DNA of 64,000 nucleotides from Diadema antillarum. Its lineage: Eukaryota. The position numbers and the translations under genes are program-made. Under the pieces are notes generated by a model. The model saw only the letters and a program-made list of their open reading frames with translations. It did no database searches and was not told where the DNA came from. This document shows positions 27,100 to 36,671 of the stretch, in pieces; the stretch's first letter is position 1, and every line of letters starts with the position of its first letter. The stretch lies in NCBI RefSeq assembly GCF_040938485.1, contig NW_027270984.1, forward strand, positions 1,240,001-1,304,000. Reading direction: 5' to 3'.

Positions 27100-28140
27100 A
27101 TGTGTGAACACAATGGACAGAACTTGGAGGGAAGGGATTCCTGACATGCTCTACAAAAATCCTCATTTTTCTTTGACCACTGAAGCAAATCGGATAGGGT
27201 TTTCTGTAAAAGTGAGTAATAAGTTATAGTTTCTTACCCTGAAATTGTGTGCAGATTGATACACAATTTTTAAAGTCATCATTGCAGAGGGTCCCGTTGT
27301 AATTTTTTTTTTGACATACGGTATAGGTACATTGTATACCTGCACATGCTAGATGGAAACGAGTAAAAGCAATTCCTATATCACAGCGAGCCCATCAAAA
27401 TCATATCAAATTGTCAGATGATCGATTCTCCATCAAGAATGGCAGGAGAGTGATACTTGTGGCAATCATCCATAGCACTCATTATATCATTCGCACAGTA
27501 CACAACATTTGTCGTCTTTCACAGAACTTGAGCAAGGATATTGACTCTTCAGTCTTGCGGGATGAGTACAGAATTTTGTTTTTCTTTCAAGATCAACTTT
27601 TTTATATAAGGGACAGTCCATGAAAGATCGGTGGTTTATGTACAGGTGGTACAGATGTACATCATTTGGAATATCAATCTCTTGCTGGAAATGCTGATTT
27701 GAGTAAGTGGAATGCAACCGTTTGTGAAAACAAGTCTGTGAAAAAAAAATATGGAATTAGATAAATTTTCAGAGGGTGGATTGTTGCCTGATCAAGGCTT
27801 TGAAAATCTTGCCAGTCACAATTCACTGGGATGGAGAAAGATGTGAATAAAGATTTTAAAAAGGTATCTTTGGTTGAACACTAATTAATAACCTGGTAAT
27901 TTCATTCATTTTTTTCTAATCATTGATACCATTTCATCCTATATTTGATTATTAAAGACACAATATACATTATGAAAAGATGACTGCTACGCTACAGATA
28001 CTTCTACTACTACCACCAGAGATTCCAAGGTTAAAGAGCTGCTAGGCATATGATTCTTTGGGGCGTCAGGGCCGCCCGTGGGAATGAAGTGAAGGGGTGG
28101 GGGGGGGGGGGTACAACCTCAAGAAGCTTCAAGCATTTTA

Positions 28141-28693
28141 AGGGCTTTTTACACTTGCGTTTCTTAACCCCGGACTTTCTCTGACCCAGGACTATCGTTA
28201 GTCCCGTACCAATTTTTTCAGCTTTTTACACTCGCCAATTAGTCCCGTACTATCTCTTGTCCGGGGCTAAGGAGAAAACTGTCCTTTTTACACTCGTATT
28301 TCTTAGCCCCGGACTTTCCAAACCACATGAATATTCATAATTACGCTGTGTACTGTACACGTACACGCACGCACCGGCAGCACTTGATTACCTCGTTTCT
28401 GATTGGTCAGTGAGGGTCGGACTTCGTCTCCGTCGCTTAGCCCAGGATTATTTTTTCGTTCTGTTTACACTCACTTGCTTGGCACCGCAATTGCGGTGCT
28501 AACCCCTGCTATTTTGCAGGGCCAGATAGTACCGTACTATCGGTGGGGCTAGCCCACTTTGGCAAAAATAAGTGTAAACAGAAAGTGGGCTAAGGATAGT
28601 CCCGTACCAACGGTGGGGCTAAGGCACCCCTCCCCCCCTTAGCCCCACCGTTGGTCCGGGGCTAAGCAAAAATTTACAAGTGTAAAAAGCCCT
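28141..28693. mobile_element. PIF/Harbinger-type MITE
   Basis: TIR AGGGCTTTTTACACTTG / CAAGTGTAAAAAGCCCT, 3-bp TTA on both sides, internal TAGCCC/TAGTCCCG repeats. Confidence 0.7.
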
Positions 28694-30323
28694 TTAGAGT
28701 TTATACAAATAATGCATTCTGGTCCATAATGAATATAATATCTAGGCTTATTTGGGGGGAAAATGTTCACAGTGACTTTCTTGGTGGTTTGAAATCCATG
28801 TTTTGTTTTGTTTTTGCTTTTGTCTTTTCTACTGATGTATCATCAAGTGGTTTTTGGTACAGTTGCACAACAGGAATGTTCACCAAAATTTCATGATTTT
28901 TCTGATGTCACAGTTTTTCAATGGCAACATCAAAGGCCCTGCTGACATTGAATTTTTATTAAGGGATAAAATATGTCTGCTCATTGATTGACTTGTTCAG
29001 CTGACAAGCCAACCAAATCTGAGAACAATATGTGTTCATCAACAGTGTTTGCAAAACACCTGCACCCTGTAAGCCATCTCAGCAGAAAACAGACAGTAGA
29101 CGTATGTAAAACCACCTGCCTCTGAAAATTTTATGTCTAACAAACAGATTCACAGGACAGCTTACACAAGAGTTTGACATGGATCAATAAAGGATGGTGT
29201 TGCCGCTGGATACATGCTTCCCCATAGTTGGCTATTTTTCAGCAATTCTATTTGAAGTTGCACGTGCCAGGCTATTTATACTTGTAACTCTATGCTACAT
29301 AGAGTACACATCGACTCCCTGCAATAGTTACATGACCTTGCATTTGTAATGGCTACAAGTCTATTGTTAAACTACATCCATGAAGAAGAGGAAGTTACAT
29401 TAAATATTTCTCATTCACCTTGACAGATGTCGATTAAACAGATGCCAGTTAAAAGAATAAACAGGACTGGTACCTTAACTGCATCACATATATAGCCATG
29501 AAAAGGCAATGAGAATTTTAGGTTCATTTTTTTTTTTTATAGTGAATGCCCCATAAAAAAACTTGCAACAATCAAATAAGATGCACTGGTAGAAGAAATG
29601 GTGTCACTTACAAGCTTGTGTAAATTATAATCGAGAAGCTATCATACTAATTCTTGATCATGAACCACATAGCATTAAAGAAATTAAAAATAGGTATGAT
29701 CATCCTTCAACAGAAAAATATAGTAATTCCCACAACAGGTATGATATACAATGCATTTACATTACTGGAGGCAATATACAGTATTTCTACAAACATCAGT
29801 CAATTCAAGAAATTTGCACCAAATAAAATAAGAGAATTAAAGAAACCAAAACCAAGCATGTAGATTGAGTGAGAGCAGCAATTTTAGCAGAATGCATTAG
29901 TGAAACTTTGAGGAAAATTAGACAACTGATTGCAAAGTTATTGTTGTTGTTTTTTTAAGGAAAGGGATTTTTAAAGGAACTTTCATAGTTTCTGTGCTGT
30001 CATCCTGGATACTGAGACTGATGTCATTATGAACAATATATAGAGGAAATACAAAGAAAATGCAGCATTCATATTCTCTTTTCTAGCGTAATGAAACAGC
30101 ACTTGACCTACCCCTTTCAGAAAGCAGAAGGAATAGATATCCTTAACCTATATGTCAATAGCACGTTGATAGAATGAGTGCTTTTAGTGAAGAATTATTA
30201 TTTTTTTAATTCTCCATACATTATCTTTACACATTTGTTGTCCATAATCACATAAAAAAGTAAAGTATTAGTGGAAAAATGAGCAAATAAAATGGGATTC
30301 AAGTAATGATGGCGCTAAAACTT

Positions 30324-30453
30324 AACAAGGAAAAGTAGAAATCACGCGGTGCGTAATATGTCCCCGCCGGAAGTAGCATTTTGTAGCAAAATGTACAATA
30401 TAGGTCAAAAATTTCATAGTCCCCTGCTCGAACTCATTCGGCGGGGACAATAA
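30324..30453. mobile_element. internally deleted copy of the HINE at 6846-7997
   Basis: same start (AACAAGGAAAAGTAGAAAT.ACGCGGTGCGTAA) joined directly to the same end (TCATAGTCCCCTGCTCGAACTC.TTCGGCGGGGACAAT). Confidence 0.75.
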
Positions 30454-32731
30454 TTCTTAACTTTGGAAGAATCCATTTTATTGAGCTGTATTGAATGCGT
30501 TAAACAAGCCAGAAGTAGCGCGAAATATGCAAAAATTAATGAATTACGAAAATGTCTGTTTACACTACAGTATATGAATAATCATTGCATCACAGATCCT
30601 TATCTCAGTGAATTCAAATACCAACCTGTCTCTCAGTAGGAATGACCTTTTTCTACACAGGCGCAGGCTGGAACTCTGAACTGGCTTATACCTAGGAATT
30701 CTATCAGAGCTGTATCACATTCTACATTTATAACATACAGTAACATTTTGATCTTGGCAGAACAGACTGTCAATCTTGAACAGGAAAGAAAGAAAAGAAG
30801 AGGAAGAAGAAAAAGAAGAAGACAATGAAGAAGAAGAGGTAGTAACATGCATCTTCCGGTTTGAGGGCTTGAGGGGCTTAATTTCATTTCCTCTCATGAG
30901 CGTTTGACATTTAGAAACGTCTTAATGTACCCCTTGCCTAAAATAGTGCATTGACTCTTCCTGTTTAAACAGAAGCATACAAACTCTATTCACATTATTT
31001 GTCTCTCTCACAAGATGTGAGGCAAGAATGGCTAAATGCTCTATATATGTCGCATCATTTGGTTAGGTTTAAACTACTATTATATGTCATACATTTAGTG
31101 AGTTTAATTTTTCTGCGAATCGGGATTTCCCGTCAATTTTACGAGTGGTTGATTTTGTGATCATGGAGGACATTACTGAACTGAAAAAATGTCTGCGTGC
31201 AGGTCACAATCACTTCAGAATTAGAGCCAATATTGCCGCTTCTCTTTAAATTTGGAAATTGCACCCGACTCACAACAGTCGTGAAAATAAAGGTATCAGA
31301 TATTTGATGGACTGCAAGTCTCTTTCCAAGAAATCTTGGAAATTCAAATGCTTTCATGTACATGTGCTAAGGTTTGAAATGTTTGAAATATTGTCCTACT
31401 GTAGTTTACCAGGGAATTCTTTAGATCTACAATATTGTACTAGGTATAGCAGTGTTGTTTTCCTTGACTCTTTGCAGTAGAGGGCATATATGAGTGATGC
31501 ATACTGTAAAACCATAAATTTTGTGTGCATGAAACTTTTGCAAATTTTGCAAAGAGTCAAGATTTGTAAAAGTAAAATGCACACGAAAGTTTGTTTTTTC
31601 TACATTACATAATACATTGAATACCAGTATCAATTAGCGTAAGTTAAAGTTTCAAGCTGCAAAAAATGCAGTCAGCTCCGATTCGTGAAAGTTTCTTGCT
31701 GCAAATGTTTTTTTGTTCTGCAGTACATGTATTTTGGTAATTCATGCAGACATCATTAGATGTGATGAAAGGGAAGTGGACGATGGCAAACTCCAAGTAT
31801 CAACATCCTTAACTCTGTCTGATACCTCCAGCGTTGTTCCAGCTCTGGTGAGTATCACAAAAAGTGACCTTTACTTTAACTATCTTTTTCAACCACAATT
31901 GATTAGTCTGGATGAGTGCAGATGCATTCAACTCATTTGGAATCTGTGATAAGAAAACGTGTTGTCAAGTTTCATCAAAACAGATCTTCAGAAAGTTTTG
32001 GTCTTGATTGGTGGTGTAAAAGCTTCCTAATTGGATGGCTGCAGGGTAAATGAAAACGACCGTATTTCTCTCATTTTGTCAATTCTTTCTTTCTTTATTC
32101 TCTTTTTACTTCATCTTTCGTGGCCTCTTTGCTATCTTCCTTGGTTCTCGTTTTCTCCATCCATTCTCCTCTCCCTTCTCTACTTCTCTTTCCATTCCCT
32201 TCTCTAGCCCTGTTTTAACAGAGCCTTTCAAACCAGAGTTACCATGACGATGTCCAGCCAATCTTTTTTTTTTTAAACCCTGCCTGTTAAAACAGTCCCT
32301 GCAAATTGTTGCTCATTCGTTGTTGCGGTATATTTTGCCAAATTCTACCCTCGCCAGTTTGGGCAATTACTGGTCATTAAGAGGAAATCCGTAGAACAAA
32401 GACAGCTTGAATAAATTGAGAGCTTCTAAGAGTTAAAAAAAAATGTGGTAGAGCAACGAATTTCAGGCTTGGGTTTTAATGTACACAGAAACAAACCATA
32501 AAGGCAGAGAGTTGCTTGGTGGAAGTGCATTTCATACAGGTAAACAGCAAATGAAAGAAAAATAGAATCTAACTGACAGAGGGGCTTGGATTCAGTGTAT
32601 ATACAGCTGTATGCAAGCATGAAAGTAGACCAGTATGCTAAGTTACAATTACTGGAAATTGATCTTTTCTTTTGTTTTTGTAATCAGTGCTATGTTTAAT
32701 CTCTTTGTGGTTATATTCCAATGCAATGCAC

Positions 32732-32941
32732 TACTGTAAAACAAGATATATTCGTGGCACAAAATTTTCGCGAATTGATGCCGACGGCCTCATTTGCGGC
32801 ATGAAATTTTCGCAAATTGCCACTGGCGTGCGATGCAGACAGTGTAGACAAGAACTTTCGCGTGCATTTTATTTTGCGAATCTTGGCGCTCGCGAAATTC
32901 GCGAAATCAAAATGCACGCGAATATTCCTCGTTTTACAGTA
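32732..32941. mobile_element. Tc1/mariner-type MITE, full length, opposite orientation
   Basis: TA-CTGTAAAAC...GTTTTACAG-TA; internal sequence is the reverse complement of 26888-27099. Confidence 0.75.
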
Positions 32942-34778
32942 TGCCTGATGTGTGTATCTGATTCACCGGATCCCCATCATCTGCACATCTGCATGCCCCA
33001 TCTTTCCTACAGGGCTGGCGATTGGGAGAAAAAAAAAGTAATGGTTCCACAAAAAGTTAATGGATTATGCGCAGAGCGAATGACCAAAAGCTCTCGAAAC
33101 GAATTGTTCATTTCAGCAGGATTTTGCCTAGCTCCATTTCAGTGAGTGATGTCATGAGATGCATAACTTAACATTCAGCATTCTCTGAATTTTCCTCTCC
33201 CCCACACTGTTCTATAATTTGTACCGATTACACGTTCATCTGTTAGTAGGGCAAAAGGTGGGAGTGGTTGATAATCACCTGAGCTTTCAAATGAGTTTGT
33301 TCTTGATACAATCTCCCTGCGGTGTCATTTGACGGTGCATTATTAACTGTACTATTTATAAATGGTAACAACCTCTTCACTGACATCATGAATAAGATAA
33401 ATGTATTTGTTCTTTACCTCTGATGGTAACTAAACACAATACATTCTCTTGTACTAAGAGTAATAAACTACTGTAATTTAGTATTATTTTCCTCAGTAAG
33501 CCGTGTCCTACAAGTTGTACAATTTGAACAACTCTGTATCAACTTGCCCTTAAAAGAATGGTAACGACCAAACTTCCATCAAGACCTGATCATTAATGCA
33601 TAATGAAGTAAAGATGAAATAATGTGAGTTGTGACAATTGGGCTCTATAGCCCTACCAGTTATCCCCCTCCCTATAAAGTTGCCCAATAGGACCACCCTG
33701 GTAACTGTCATGGGCACCTAAAATATTCCTTACCTCTGAGAGTATCTGAATGCTACACACATCTTGGTTGCATACTAAATCTGGATCAGTGGAAAACACA
33801 AAATGCTGTCGACATTATGTCTGAAGCCTTTAGGTGGTTGTAAAGTTTGAGAGATGAATCTCCTAATTTTTTTTTCTTTTTTTCCCCATTATGACGCCTC
33901 ATGACATATGACCTGTCAGTGCACAATTTGCATTCCCAAACCTTCCATATGTAGAAATTAGCAAAGCGAACACAAAGTCTGAGTTCTAAAGTTTTCTAGA
34001 ACACAGATTTTGAAGACTTCAACAGGCCACATGGCTGAGCTTCAGACTTACTCTATAAACCTCATGACGTCAATAAGTCAATCTCTACCATGTACCTCAG
34101 TCTTTACTCTTCCTTTACCCTCAAAGAAGTCTACCAACACGGCATCTGCGAACCTCATCACTTTGTTAGACCGACACCTTTCTACATCAGCCGCTGCACA
34201 TACGGCAGGTTTTGGAATGTCGCTCGTGGTTCATGTTCATTTTGTGCAATCAGCCCCGATCTAAGCTATGGCCTTGATGACATGCATTACACAGAGAAAT
34301 ACTACCGCTCCCTTTCTTGAGCCTTTATGATGGTATCTGTCATCTACGGATAAAGATTTGAGGTTTTTTGAAGCACTTTACTGATGATGGACGTGCACTT
34401 TGATGGATTATCGGGGAAATGCAAATCAAGTAGACTCTGAGGAGCTTACAGATGTCTTACAAATGTACAAGCTATATCCTAATGATGGATTCCCTCTAGG
34501 CGACGAAGTCAAAATGCTAATCTGTTCTCGGGGCACTTACATACACATGGTCATCTAATTTGAACATGATGCATGTCAGTCATGCGCAAATTTTGATTTA
34601 AAAGAAAACAAAAAACAAAACCTACTTCAAGATCTGGCTGTAAGCAGTTGGTACCCAGGTTGCCAGCTCCCCTTAAGCATTCAATGTTTTCTCAGCAGTT
34701 ACTTTAACACAAACCAAATCAAATCAAATTAATTCAAGTCAATGTCCATAATTCCAGGGCAAATTCTAAAGGCAATGG

Positions 34779-34784
34779 AACAAG
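34779..34784. repeat. left 6-bp target site duplication AACAAG
   Basis: identical hexamer at 52187-52192 abutting the right TIR. Confidence 0.95.
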
Positions 34785-35441
34785 AGTAGTATAGGTGTAC
34801 GTATAGCGTCATAAAAATATGATTCATATTTCTATTGTTCTAGAACAAAAGAAATATGAAAAGACAAAAGAATTATGAATTATGAAATATGGATTATGAT
34901 ATGATTTATGATAAAAAGATGGATTATGATATGATTTATGATAAAAATATGGATTATGATATGATTTAAGATAAAAAGATGGATTATGATATGAATTATG
35001 ATAAATCGATGAATTATGATAATAGATATGAATTATGGATATTTACATAACAATAGAAATTGGAAAGAACAAAAGAATGTATGAAATATGAAAAATGAAA
35101 GATGAATATTCATGAGATATGAATTATAGATATGAACGATGAATGATGATTATGAAATATGAATATTTATGGATCGATATGAAATATGAAGAATGAATTA
35201 TGAAAAATATGCTATTGTTTTAAGAATCCGCATCATTGTTTCATCATATTCTTTTGTTCTCACATCGAGAGATATTTTCGAAGGCAATGGTCGAAATGGT
35301 CATAATGACGATTGCAATCGTATTCATGACATTTGTTTGTTTGATGACGTCACTCCGACAAGTTCGGACCTGTCCTCTGACCAACGCTCGCCCGATCGAT
35401 AACAAAAGAACTTTAAAAATAAAGAAATACATAAAAATGGG
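34785..35441 (+). repeat. left terminal inverted repeat (657 bp)
   Basis: reverse complement of 51529-52186; 5 differences by eye (34969, 35383, 35400, and one substitution plus one indel near 35420). Confidence 0.95.
34891..35005 (+). repeat. 30-bp tandem repeat inside the TIR (about 3.8 copies; mirrored in the right TIR)
   Basis: GGATTATGATATGATTTATGATAAAAA(G/T)AT at 34891, 34921, 34951 and partial at 34981. Confidence 0.9.
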
Positions 35442-35580
35442 ACTCGAGCCCGTGACGAGTTCGGACGTGCCCTCTGACCGCCGCTTGCGCAATCAAAGAC
35501 AAAAGAACTTATAAAATAAAGAAATACATAAAAATGGGACTCGAGCCCGTAACGAGTTCGGACATGCTCTCTGACCGATC
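35362..35580 (+). repeat. left subterminal ~97-bp repeats (3 copies)
   Basis: GTTCGGAC at 35362, 35459, 35556, each followed by CTCTGACC; AAAAGAACTT...AAAGAAATACATAAAAATGGG follows in the first two copies. Confidence 0.85.
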
Positions 35581-35713
35581 CTTGCACAATCACAGGGTAA
35601 TGTATACAAAATGGAGAAATACATAATGACAACAGAAATATTAAAAAGTATGACATCATCGCATAACTTTGGAAAGCGACGTACAGTTACTAAGAATAGT
35701 TTCGGAATGGGGA

Positions 35714-35720
35714 TATAAAA
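35714..35720 (+). promoter_or_regulatory. TATA box candidate for the PC4-like gene
   Basis: TATAAAA about 70 nt upstream of ATG 35788. Confidence 0.5.
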
Positions 35721-35787
35721 ACTCAGCTCCGAAAAGAACGGAGCATTCGAATACCCTGAAGGAATTGCTACGTGAAAAGCTGTCAAC

Positions 35788-36303
35788 ATGTTCTCATACT
35801 ACGGCAATGCCTACGATACTCGTTCAACGGCAGCACTGCCAGGCATGGATAACGAAGCCAGCAGAGGTGAGCTTCAAATAGACACTATGGCCAACTCCGA
35901 ACCAGTCGGGATAATGGAACAAGAACAACGTCGCGATCGTGATTTTAGGGGAGATGGCAATACAATCAACGCGTCTGGAAATGGACAAATTGACAAAGAC
36001 AAGACAGCGTCTGGAACCGACGAGGCAGGTGTCTGGAACACGAGCAAAATGGGTACAAATTGTGATGGCTACGACGTATGCAAATTCCCCATTAACACAA
36101 CGCCGAAGAAAATCAGATACGTAACGGTCAAAGTCTTCAAGGAAAATGTCTACGTTGATATCCGAGAATTTTTCACATTGGGAGGCAAGCATTTTCCAAC
36201 CAAAAAAGGCATAACGCTACCGGTCGACGATTTCAAAAAGCTGCAAATGATATCAAAGATCCTGAACGCTGCTATCTACCGTGCACGCTACCAACAGCGC
36301 TGA
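35788..36303 (+). CDS. PC4/Sub1-like ssDNA-binding protein with acidic N-terminal extension (171 aa)
   Basis: C-terminal RYVTVKVFKENVYVDIREFF...PTKKGITLPVDDFKKL matches the PC4 domain signature. Confidence 0.85.
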   Translation: MFSYYGNAYDTRSTAALPGMDNEASRGELQIDTMANSEPVGIMEQEQRRDRDFRGDGNTINASGNGQIDKDKTASGTDEAGVWNTSKMGTNCDGYDVCKFPINTTPKKIRYVTVKVFKENVYVDIREFFTLGGKHFPTKKGITLPVDDFKKLQMISKILNAAIYRARYQQR

Positions 36304-36582
36304 AATTGTCCCGATAGCCGTCAACTAGACCGTCTGATTCAACGTCAACTAAGAGAGATCCATAATGGGAATGCGTCGAAGGAGGTGCAAATGCTTTCAA
36401 AGAGTTTGGACACCGCCTTCTACTGTCCGGCAGTGAGCGTTACATACAACACAACGTGTCTGGACTTGACCTTTGATGCGTCGAGACTGTTTCTTTCAAA
36501 CATCATCAACTTCGTCTAGCCTTATTATGTGAAGGGACTATCCATTATGAAACGTAATCCTTCATTCCTTTGAAGTTTTGCC

Positions 36583-36590
36583 TATAAATA
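36583..36590 (+). promoter_or_regulatory. TATA box candidate for pPolB
   Basis: TATAAATA about 85 nt upstream of ATG 36672. Confidence 0.5.
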
Positions 36591-36671
36591 GGGAAATCAC
36601 CATCAACTAAGCAGTTTCGAGAGCCAACTCGAGGGATTGTGGTCATGCCGTTGCTCTTATAGCTGAGAACC

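Noticed and set aside
27380-27720. Cys-rich peptide reminiscent of a piggyBac C-terminal domain
   Set aside because: Spacing does not fit well and no transposase core or TIRs are nearby
30760-30845. Purine-rich possible exon (NRLSILNRKERKEEEEE...)
   Set aside because: Low-complexity GAA tract with a weak donor; cannot be distinguished from a simple repeat
35193-35789. Small ORFs in the TIR and subterminal repeats, mirrored at 51417-51778
   Set aside because: Same sequence read at both ends, overlapping in several frames with no coding signature; cis-elements explain them better
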